A DNA stretch of 63,904 bases, filler included, from Collodictyon triciliatum (taxonomy: Eukaryota): the NCBI GenBank assembly GCA_043381765.1. It is 8 parts of 8 records of this genome, joined end to end, with 100 filler letters (N's around TTAATTAATTAA, not from the genome) between each part and the next. Parts side by side here need not be neighbours in the genome. Positions count along the whole stretch, not along the records: positions 1 to 10,319 come from JBHJMP010002723.1; positions 10,420 to 20,722 come from JBHJMP010002724.1; 6 more parts are not named here. One strand, written 5' to 3'. The notes under the pieces are model-generated. The model was not told the origin of the DNA. It was given only the letters and a program-made list of their open reading frames with translations, and did no database searches. Shown here in pieces: positions 1 to 11,263 of this stretch (its first letter is position 1; each line of letters starts with the position of its first letter). A program made the translations under genes and the position numbers.

Positions 1-92
<92 letters not shown>
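1..92. repeat. (AAT)n microsatellite inside a VPS13 intron
   Basis: Perfect trinucleotide run. Confidence 0.95.
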
Positions 93-98
<6 letters not shown>

Positions 99-208
99 AA
101 CAAAGAAACAAATAAACAAATAAACAAATAAACAAAAATAAATAAATAAAGATAAAAAATAATCAAAAAAAACCATATGTTGAAACATGGTAAATCTTCT
201 TTTCTTAC

Positions 209-3200
209 GTCTTGAACACCAGTGCCGATGTGTGCGAACAGTACCAGAGGACTGCCCAGGACTTCCAAGTGACCCAAGAAGTATTGCATCTGATACTTAA
301 GCCCATTCTTTACGTTTCAAAGCATATATCAGAACCAATTAATAAAACTCAGACCAATATTGGAAAGGGAAGGTCATTGATGAAAAAAAGAAAAAAAAAC
401 TGGCTTGAATAAAGCAATTGAGCATTAGGCTCATGGTTTTATAGCTGTGGCAAAATCGTAGATTGATACGCAATAATCTCCAAGAGTGCATATTTACGAA
501 CCTCATAATGCGATAATATGGTCCCAAGAAGAACCTTGTCGTCACAAAAGACGTTTTCAATCATCAATTGATTCAGCTTGACGTGTGCGCGGTCGATGTG
601 CGTCATGTTTTTCAGTTGAGTGCCAAGTAAACGCTTTGGTGGGAGGTGACAAGGAAGAATAGTGAACACAGAATATCCTTTTATTTTTTAATGCCATTAT
701 TTTATACAATATACTCTGGTATACTTGCACTTACTAAATCAGTAAAGGAAAGAAAATGAAAATACCTTGAAAAAAAAGAATTCACGCCCCTGCTTTGAGA
801 AATTTAGGTTGGGGTAGAACGAAAAGTGAATTGAAAGTGGGCCCAAGTTAAACCATTCTATGTACATTTTGGAAACCTGCACGTCCACATTTAATGTTAT
901 GACAAAAGATGATGGGAGCATCATGCTGGCTACAAATGATATTTGACACCCTTTTTCGATGAAAAAAAAAACTTTCAGAAGCGGTCTCGGATAAATCTCA
1001 ACTCACCCTGTGGTCAGCATCATCAGCCATGATAGCTAGTCTTGCTCTTGCAATGTCCACTTTCTTTGATAGATTTACATTTGTCTTATACCTATCATGT
1101 ATTTTCATACACATAAAAGAAATTGGGTAATTATGAAACGGAAAAAAGCATTTGAAAAAAAGAGTAAGGCTGGGGGAAAATAAAGAGGAGAGAAAATGGT
1201 TACTCTTGTGATTTTTTTGTTCCGTTTTCACAAGTTCTTTTTTCTTTTCATTCAATAGAAAGAGAGCATAGGGTGATAAGGATAGACGACATAGAGTTCA
1301 TAATGAGGATTACTCTATTCGCACTCGTGTTCTTATCCATCTGCGGCGGCGAAGACGTGCCGAAAAGAACCACGGATACCAGCGAGAACCCCAACCCTGA
1401 GAATACTGCCAGCCATATCCGTCTGTGCGTTGGTTCAACAAATCCACCTCCCATTCACCCAGCCAGACCCAACCCTTCGTGACGCAGTGAGTGCAAAGAT
1501 TAGGTGTAACACTCACCAAAATGCCAACAACAAATTATCGAATCATCCTCGTATTCATCATTCTTTGAGACATTTCTTTTTCTGGATTTGAAAAATAAAG
1601 TGAAATTGCTTCGAATACCGAAGGAAGTTCGGCGTCGTCACGAGATTTTGGGTTTCCTTGTCGGTCAGCCCATGGATGTTGGTCTTGCTTTTGTGTTGAA
1701 ACATGCGCAAACAGATGAAAGGGCGTTTGTCTGAAAGGACAAAATATGATGGGTTCGCATTAACAAGAGAAAGACGCAAAATGAGATGCTGCAGAGCTCA
1801 TTGCTACAGGTATAGTAATTGACCAAAGTCCTCTTGATTGTACAAACCTCTGCTGATATTCATAAAGCTCTTCTATGTAAATGCTGGCATCTTCGGTAGC
1901 GTCGGTTGAAAGTCGTTCGATGCAAACAAGCTCTTGACTGGTAGTTTTTTTTTTTTTCAAAATTAGCTCTTGGGAATAATCGAATAAACACTATCAAACC
2001 AAGATATAACTGAGCTAGTGATGGAACACAGGAAACAAAACATTAAAAACTCATTTGATATCCCGTAGTAATCAAGTCAAACCTGTCACGTCCGAGAGAA
2101 GGAAAAACCCTTTGTAGCATGTCGAAAAAGGCAATTACATCATTTACATATTCCTCATCAAGCATAAACTCCATTTCCTGGACACCACACATTTATCAGC
2201 AAAAATTATGAAAGAAATCGGCACCAAGTACATTTTTCACAGAGTTTTAAGCTTAGATGATATCATAAGGTTTTGTCAAACCTGGAAAACAAGTCCAAAG
2301 TAATGATAGTGTTGGATCATCAGAGAATTCAGGGACTGCGATATCGATATCTGTTACAGAATAAATTAAAAAAAAAAAGGAGTGAGAAAGAGAGAAATAC
2401 AGGTTCATCTAGATAAAATACTAATTGCCATTTAAGTATGATTTTATGAGGAGATCAAATGAGACATCCTGCACAATCCGATGCTAGAATTTCAGGCACT
2501 TGAGTGAACCTTTTACATATATGAAAATACTGACGTGTAGGAAGTCCTTTTCAGAGTCTGTTTTGGTCGGATGAAGAATGACTGGGTATTTTCCTGTCGT
2601 TCTATTTGGAAATTAGGGTTGCATACTCTTCGGTAATTAGCAGTGGAATAAAAATGTATTGGACGTTTTCATATCACGAGAAGAAAATAATTCAATAAAT
2701 GCAGGAACGTAAGGTTAGATATGAACCTGGAGCTATCCACTTGCATACGAGCCACGCGGGCCTCCAGACCAAATTTGTTGCCACTCATCTCAGCTCTCAG
2801 GCGAATATCGTCCATATGTACATAAAACATCTCTTGATACCCCGACCCAAGAATTGAGGCTCCGATGGAGGCCAAACCCAATGTAAATCGAAGAACAGGT
2901 GGAAGGGTTGCACGGCGCTGTTATTGAAAAAAAAAAAGGGAAGAGGGATTATTTAGATCAATATGTAATTAGAAGCTTAGAAATAGTAACAAAGGGTTTG
3001 GAATGTGATTTTATTTAGATAAATTATGAAAGAAATTGATGATATGGTTTACACAAAATATAATCATGCGAATCCAAAAGAAACTCTGCAATATTTTGGG
3101 AGTATTCGATTTGACAACTGTGATTTTAAAAATGTCGAAAATCACCCTCTCTTGAACAACTTCTTGGATTCGAAGTACTCGTGTTGACCCGTCTACAACC

Positions 3201-6200
3201 AAGTCAGCCCGAATCGGTCCGTTTCTACCTTCAAGGAGGAATTGCCTTTGAAATCCAATTTGGTCCTGTGAAGAGAAAAGAGAAAAGATATCGCCTTATT
3301 CTCATCGTAATGGGCATGATTTAAGAATACATCACATAAAACCACTAAAAAATGCTGGATAAAAATAAAGAATATATCCTCAAAGTATGGAATTCATCGT
3401 CTGGTTTTACACATGCCGCCACAAAATAAACGGGAAAATGCACCATTCTGATTGACTTCCTATCCCCGTTAATCATCACAATCAGTTTGTGCTTCACTTT
3501 CTCATCCTCCCAGCAATATACAGTGCTTTGATTCGATGACAGTATTTGCCAGAGCTCCATTTCATTCTGATAATATTTTTGGCAGAAGCTAATTGGGAAA
3601 TCCAGGCTGTGAAAGAACGGTGGTTATATAAGATATGTCAATAGGTTCTTATCCTCATACTACATAATAAAGTGAAAAAAATTAATATTCACCGATTTTC
3701 GATTCTGTACGGAGGTGCAACTTGGGATTCATGTCGAATAGTCAGAACAAGGATGGCACCGATGCAACGTATGTTGACAAATATAAACGAAGCAGTTCGC
3801 GCCCTCGCCGATCGAATTTTTATGTAATGGTCACCCAATTCGTTCGGAAATATGGGTGGGCTCCAGTTCTTAATGCGTGCGTCTGTGTCATCAAAAGCAA
3901 TTGACACAGATTGTTCTCTGTGGCATGCATAACATATTAAATAAGCTTCTTTACTTTGAGTCGTAAATTAAGATATCGTAGGTGTTTCACAGAATATGTG
4001 CCATGATGTTTATCACAAAATACAAAATACAAAATACAAATCATTTATGGAGAAATATTTTAGGCTCGACTAATATTCATCCAATTTGGGGTTATTAAAT
4101 ACCCTGTTGAATTCGACCAGTGAAAATTTGTTCTGCCGTTCGATGGTATTGTAAGAAACTCTGTCGAGCACGATTGACGGATAAGAACAACCCTAGGTTT
4201 AAAATAATAGTCATTCATGGAGCAGAAAGAAGGAGGAAACCAATTGAAATTGAATACACAGACTCATGGATTAAGTGTAAAATCCAATCATATATTTACA
4301 GATGTGATCGATTGATGACCAAGAAGCGGTGATAGAATGAGACATCTCTAACAAACACTTGGGGCACATTTTCAAGGAGTTCGTTGCTATTGCAAAGACT
4401 TAGATATACTTGTGACATTTTTTCATAAACAAGAAGACACTAACTCTTAGTGTTAACCTCTTACAGGGAATACAAATGATATTGCGTTTTGGGCAGATGT
4501 AATAATGGTTAATTTGTTTTTTTTTTAAAAAAAAAAAAGAAAATGTTTATCTGGTCGAAAGAAAGAATATTGAACACAAACCACTGCACAGAAATCGGGG
4601 GGCGAATGAACCGCCCAGCACTCTTAACTCCAAATTCGAAGAGTCTATTTGGTAGTCTGTATGTTGCAAAATATTCAAAATTGGTTACGAATTTGACTCT
4701 TACTGCATGGACACAGCTTAATTATAGAGGAGGATTACAGTGGACAACTAAGTAATTGCTGAGGAAAGTAATCATGAGTAACAAAAATAAAATTAATGAA
4801 AAGATACACGTGAGTGAATTGAGTACCGAGGATTGCGAGAAACGTCCTCAATCTGCAACGAAGCCTCCATGTCTTTGTCGATAGAAAACGTTGGCGACCA
4901 TTTCATGTTTGCTAATGACATTGAGACTCTCGCCTCAGAATCCTCCTGTTATTAAAAGACAGAAACGCTGAATATTCGGTATCACAATTTGGATTATATG
5001 AATAAAGAATGAAACGAATCAAATCTTGGAGGTTTAGCCGAGAAAACGGTCCGCGCACAACTTATTTTCCGAAAGAAAAGATCCAGCAAACCTGTACATT
5101 AAATAGCAAAGGAGCCCAGAGATTGCCTCCATCCCGAGTTCCAGGCAATAGATAATAATTTTCAGATCCTTCTCGGAACAGCAAGTTTAATCCTTTGTTA
5201 ATAGATAGAGTTAGAGGAAAATAAAGGCGTATCATCCAACATCGCGACTGTCGATGACTTCATAGCAACAGGGGCAAAAGCACTTCACCAGTCGGATATT
5301 TACCTGTTTGATTCCTTAACAAATGCGTCGAATAAAGTGTTATCAAACGGCACTGCTGCGGGTCGACGTAATTCATGATTGTACATGTAAGATTTTGATG
5401 CGAGAGGACATCCATGAACTCGACGGTCGTTGACACTTTTCCACTATCCCGAGTTGCAGCATGCACGAGTATAGGTTCGCTCGGTCTGAATATCGATGAG
5501 TACATCCCGAGAAACTCAGCTAAAGTAAAATAGAAATGGTGTGATGCGTTTATGTACCCCAAACACCCAAAAGATCTTTTCGTACATGTAAAACTTCAAA
5601 GTAAAGTTGTATCTAATGGACAGGAAATCATGATTTCCGACGATACAATAGCTTGAAATGTCTTTGTTCAAATCGAAACTACAATACCTTTCAAATAAAT
5701 GTTTGTATCAGGATTGATATGGTAGAATTCTTGCATGTCCTCAGAGTCAATGGTGGCTGACTCCTAATAATAATCAACTCATTATGAGCCTTCTGAACAG
5801 CCGTGTTGTGCTAGTATTGTAAATTATGGAGTGGCTATCGAATAGCCGTTTTATTTGAGGATAATATTAACAACCATTGAGACCATTCCTCCTTGAAATA
5901 ACAGCAATCGAACAGCCGCTGGAAATCCATTTCGAAAGCTGAAAACAGGCCTTAGCAAAATCACATCTTGAACCATATCGATGACACATGCCTTTATCCT
6001 TTCATTATTTTTATGTTAGCACAAGGAATTTTTTAAAAGGTATCTCAAATCTGAGAGATAACTAATCTTTGAGACATTTTGTGTGCATCATCGGATACAG
6101 TTTTCCTCTTATATGAACGATATAGTCAACTCATGGTATATATTACCATATGTCCTTCTGTGTGGATTGCCTCTGCTGCAGGCTTGGACAACGGATATTG

Positions 6201-7146
6201 CAAGAGTATTTCTCCCCATCTAGTATCCTGGCAAGATCAAATGACTCTCTCGGCGATGACCAATCGAAGGAATGCTTCCCACCGACACTCGAGTTTGTTT
6301 GCGTGATGAACATCGGTCGAACACTTAGAAAACTACTTTGCAGATACTCTGTCGGAATGCACATCTCCTCCTCTGGTAGAAGAATGCCAAGATACTTTTT
6401 TGTGTTGCCTCGCATCGAAAGTTGCACCTAGATGAAATGAAGTATAAAAGATTATTTTTTTTATTCAATTTGTACCATTGAATAGCTAGCTCCTTAAAGA
6501 ACCCTGATTTATGTGAGCTCTTTATAGTTCGATAGATAGTTATAAAAGTTTGTCGATTATTTCATGATAGGACATATAATGAAAATGATTTCGGAGCATT
6601 TTTGTAAAAGTATTTGATTGCGGTTTATTACATCAAGGGTGAGGCTGGTGTAATTTCGGACGACAGTTCGATTCATAAATGTGATCACTCTCCTGATTTG
6701 AAAAAAAAAGTAGAATGAATAAAAACATCAGTACACCAAGTCGCTTTATTGACACATGAGATGGAAAACCTGAAGAGACGAGTCTAAGGACAATCAAATA
6801 TAAAGACCTTCTATCATCCACTTTCGTATCTACGACAAAATATGTTGACTCTCGTGGCACTGCAGAATCGAGCGGGATAATATATCTCCCAGGTTTTTCA
6901 AAAGAAACGTCTGATGTTGCATAGAATCCATCCACAGAAACCTCTGAAGTACCAAATACAAGAGATTCCTATTTTTGTTAAGCAAAAATTGAGACAATTA
7001 AAAAAATTCAGCCGAGATGAACTCTTGACTTTTCAAATAATTCTTTGGCTGATTGAATTAATTGGCTTTTTTGTGTGTGTGTGTGTGTTTTTTTTTTTTT
7101 TTGAAAAACAGAAATTCGCCTGAGGGATATAAATTGCCTTCTTTAA
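209..7146 (-). CDS. VPS13: VPS13-family lipid-transfer protein, partial, about 20 exons (VAB/SHR-binding repeats, C-terminal region with DysF insert)
   Basis: Exons join in frame and give VPS13-like motifs: VITFMNRTVVRNYTSL, PPYRIENR, DGSTRVLRI, HYFGLVFQEMEFMLDEE, LGHLEVLGSPLVLFAHIGTGVQD. The 3' end runs off the window and the 5' end enters an N gap. Confidence 0.9.
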
Positions 7147-7905
7147 TTGNNNNNNNNNNNNNNNNNNNNNNNNNNNNNNNNNNNNNNNNNNNNNNNNNNN
7201 NNNNNNNNNNNNNNNNNNNNNNNNNNNNNNNNNNNNNNNNNNNNNNNNNNNNNNNNNNNNNNNNNNNNNNNNNNNNNNNNNNNNNNNNNNNNNNNNNNNN
7301 NNNNNNNNNNNNNNNNNNNNNNNNNNNNNNNNNNNNNNNNNNNNNNNNNNNNNNNNNNNNNNNNNNNNNNNNNNNNNNNNNNNNNNNNNNNNNNNNNNNN
7401 NNNNNNNNNNNNNNNNNNNNNNNNNNNNNNNNNNNNNNNNNNNNNNNNNNNNNNNNNNNNNNNNNNNNNNNNNNNNNNNNNNNNNNNNNNNNNNNNNNNN
7501 NNNNNNNNNNNNNNNNNNNNNNNNNNNNNNNNNNNNNNNNNNNNNNNNNNNNNNNNNNNNNNNNNNNNNNNNNNNNNNNNNNNNNNNNNAGCCGCACCAA
7601 TCTGACGGGTTCTATACCGCAACTCGCATTTTCCAAGCCAAACCAAGGCAGAAACACACAAGCAAATATGGAACAACGAAGGGACAAATTCAAAGACAAA
7701 GACAGTCATAATGATAATGACGAGGATGTCTTTGAGGAAGAGAAAAAAATGGACACGCATTCAGTTCCACATTTGCTATTTCGGCGTTTGTTTCCGAGAA
7801 GCCCCACAAATGCGGCACCTTGCGGGCTGTCATCAAACGGGGCTGGAGTCCATCACGCTGATGCTTTGCGATGACTTTATCTCGGGCACCGGGCAGGGGG
7901 AATAC

Positions 7906-9472
7906 TTAATGGGCATTTGCTGCTGTCTTCTGGACAGGCACAACAAGCTGGGATGCGTGGATTTCAGATAGCATGAGCTTCTCGTCCTGTTGGCGTCTTT
8001 GGTCTTTGGCTCGGAACTCGGCGGTGCGCTGAAGCAAATCCTGCACCGACGATGTAATCAAACGTTGCTGGACTTCGCTCTCAAGGCGATTCTGTTCCAT
8101 CTGCTCTCTGTGAACCAAGCGCTGCTGATAGCGAGCGTTGATTCTGGGCTCTGGCACGACTGTCTCCTGCGATGGCTGCGCTGACAAACTTGCTGCAACT
8201 GGTGGCTGTGGACTGGCCAGGACTTCGACTGGGGTGCTGCTTGCTTTCATACTGGGCTGTGGTACTGATGCTGCCTGCGCAGGCTCATACCGGAAGGCCT
8301 GGATGTTTGACACGGCCGACGTAACAGGCGTAACGGCATTGGCCGGGTTGTTTGGTGAGGCCATTGGTGTGGCTGTAGCGGCCAAGGTTTGGTGGGGCTG
8401 TGTGCTTGGTGTGGAAAGTCTTGGGCTCTGTGCAGACCAGTTTGTGGATGGGACAGGCGGAGCAACCGGGCGTGTTTGTGGTGTTGTTTGAATGCTGTTT
8501 TGAAAGGGAGTGTTGTATGGGTGGGTTGCTGTGGTTGACGGGGGGATGGTTGCGGCTGGGGCAATCGGCGAGGGATTGGATGTGGTAGGGTAGCTCGTGG
8601 AAGGATAGTATGGATGTTCTGTGGTGGAGAATAAGAACAGGGTCAATGTTACTTTGGAATAGATTCGGCGAGTGGGATCGAAGGAGCTGTAGAGAGTGGA
8701 AGGGAGTTGGGACAAAGAAAGGAAGAAGGCTTTGTGCTCTGTATGTTTGCGTGGTGCTATGTCTGCCTACCGCTTCGTAGCGAAAGCCTCTTGGGCTCGG
8801 CACTGGTTGCGTTTGTTTGAATAGGGGCTGAGGTGGTCATGTTCTAGGTTTCGGAAAAGATTGTGTTATCCATGATTGACATGCATACATATGTCTAAAT
8901 ACACAACCCAAGCAAAGGTAACACACGAATCACAGGACTACATGCACATTAATTGTGAAAAATAAATCGTACAGTTTATGTCAGTGCAAACATACTTGTG
9001 CGTTGGAATACTGAACAGGTTGGGTTTGGGCGGGAGCTGCCAGCTGTGCAGTCTGTATGCGAGGAGATTGTTGATATTGCTGGAATTGCATTTGCTGCGG
9101 CTGAAGGAATCGGGGCGACGGAGCAAAGAGGGTGGGATTCTGCTGCTGAGTGAGTAGTGGTTGTTGTTGCTGCTGCTGCTGGAATGGGGCTAGAGTAGAA
9201 GAAGGGCCACGGGCAGACGATGAGCCGGTCATTTGGCCATATGCAACCGTCGTTTGCTGCTCGGACGGGCGCATTACACTGGCACCGCTGCTGCCTGGGA
9301 TTCAATGGTTTGTTTTCAGAGTCTGTGCGGAGTGCGTACGACAAGATCAATCAATATGAGGCTTTTTATGACTTTGAGAGAAAAGAAGAGGGAAAAAAAA
9401 AGTCTTACTGACTGCGGCTGTGCGAGGATGTAGGTTGCTTGGTTGCGGCTGTGCAGAGTATGTGCGCTGCAT
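7906..9472 (-). CDS. Gln/Pro/Ser-rich low-complexity protein with a C-terminal coiled segment, about 4 exons
   Basis: GC-richer exons with GT-AG boundaries (MQRTYSAQPQ..., ...NAQ|NMTT..., ...RS|EHPYY...); TAA at 7906-7908. Confidence 0.6.
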
Positions 9473-9604
9473 CCTATTGCTGACAGGTTGACCTGGGTAG
9501 TCCTGTGGCATTTAGTCTATCAAAAGAGTCTCTTTTTTTTTCCGCTGACATCTACCTCACGGCGTTGGAACAGCTATTCTTTCTGATGCGTCAACAGATA
9601 CGTG

Positions 9605-9606
<2 letters not shown>

Positions 9607-9670
<64 letters not shown>
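9607..9670. repeat. (GA)n microsatellite
   Basis: Perfect dinucleotide run upstream of the Q-rich gene. Confidence 0.95.
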
Positions 9671-9674
<4 letters not shown>

Positions 9675-10258
9675 AAAAGGGAAAAGGGAAAAGGGAAAGG
9701 GAGAGTCAATCTATGAAGAATAAGTAAGGCACATTACAAGAGCCGTTGTGAGTGGGGATTTTGTGGAAGGAGGGCATGCCACTATTGCAGAAGTAACTCC
9801 AAAGAATAAGCCCCCACGAGGAAGAGCGAGAATGGGTGCGAGAACTCAGGGCGAAGCAGCGAGGGTTGGGGGGAAGCAGCAGCGATCACGCCATCGGCAC
9901 CGCAATAAACCTATGTGGCAAGATTGGGTCTTCAAATTCAAAAAGAAAAAAAGAATTCCAAGCATACGCATAATTGGAAATTATATTATAACTCACAAAT
10001 TATAATTGCGCGATGTATAAAAGCATTTTCTATCGGCTGATTTATATAAAAAACAATTACCTATTCATATATAAGAAAAACAAGACATACAGAAAAACAT
10101 ATCACTATTCTGGAAAAAATGGTCATCTCATCTAACCAAGCTGCTCAACGACAAGCAAACGCGCCAAACAACACAAAGCAGCTTCTTTCGATCGCGCAGC
10201 TCCCATTTCTACCGATCAAACGAGCGCGCTTTTAACAAACCAAAATAACCAAAATAAC

Positions 10259-10295
<37 letters not shown>

Positions 10296-10319
10296 AAAAG
10301 AAAAAAAAAAAAAAAAAAA

Positions 10320-10419
10320 NNNNNNNNNNNNNNNNNNNNNNNNNNNNNNNNNNNNNNNNNNNNTTAATTAATTAANNNNNNNNNNNNNNNNNNNNNNNNN
10401 NNNNNNNNNNNNNNNNNNN
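10320..10419. other. Artificial contig-joining spacer N44-TTAATTAATTAA-N44 (also starting near 20723, 31123, 38533, 41011, 51393, 61787)
   Basis: Identical 12-mer with stops in all six frames, flanked by Ns, seen 7 times. Confidence 0.97.
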
Positions 10420-10475
10420 TTTTGTTTTTTTGTTTTTTTGTTTCTTTGTTTTTTTGTTTTTTTTGTTTTTTTGTG

Positions 10476-11165
10476 ATGAGCTCTTGTCAGGATGAGATCC
10501 ATGCGGCGCTTGTGTCGACCAGGCTGCTGTCTTTTCCAAATTGTGATGAGATTATAGCAGGTGTGGATAACCGAGCAGAAAGTGATCGGGCCCGCGTCAA
10601 AAAAGATAACCGAAAGTAGAGGACGAAGAAAACAGACTAAACCAGGCACAAAAATAGAAAAGGAAAAGGAAAAGGAAAAGGAAAAGGAAAAGGAAAAGGA
10701 AAAGAGAAAACAAGGGAACCTCTAAGAAGGAAAGAAATTACGATAGTACCAAGTTTTTTTTTTTGTATGGGCCATAGAAAATGAGTGTACCTGTAAGCGA
10801 GCCTGGTTCCCCAGTCGTTCGAGCCTGGAGGGACGATTCAACTGATTCACGGGATTCTTTCCTGCCATCACCTTTGAGACCAACACTGCTTCATGCCCGA
10901 CCAAAGTCTGCATCAGCCACGCCTCCGATGCTCTTGATGTAGGAACTTCCTTTTGCGAATTGAGCAATAATGGAATGCTTTTCATATTACTTTATTTATT
11001 TATTTGGTTTTTTATTTGGTTTTTATTTGGTTTTTATTTGGTTTTTTATTTGGTTTTTTATTTGGTTTTTATTTGGTTTTTATTTGGTTTTTATTTGGTT
11101 TTTATTTGGTTTTTATTTGGTTTTTATTTGGTTTTTATTTGGTTTTTTTTTTGNNNNNNNNNNNN

Positions 11166-11263
<98 letters not shown>

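Noticed and set aside
10364-10375. Recurrent palindromic TTAATTAATTAA about every 10 kb
   Set aside because: Always flanked by fixed N runs: an artificial six-frame-stop linker, not a telomere, target site or chromosome-breakage signal
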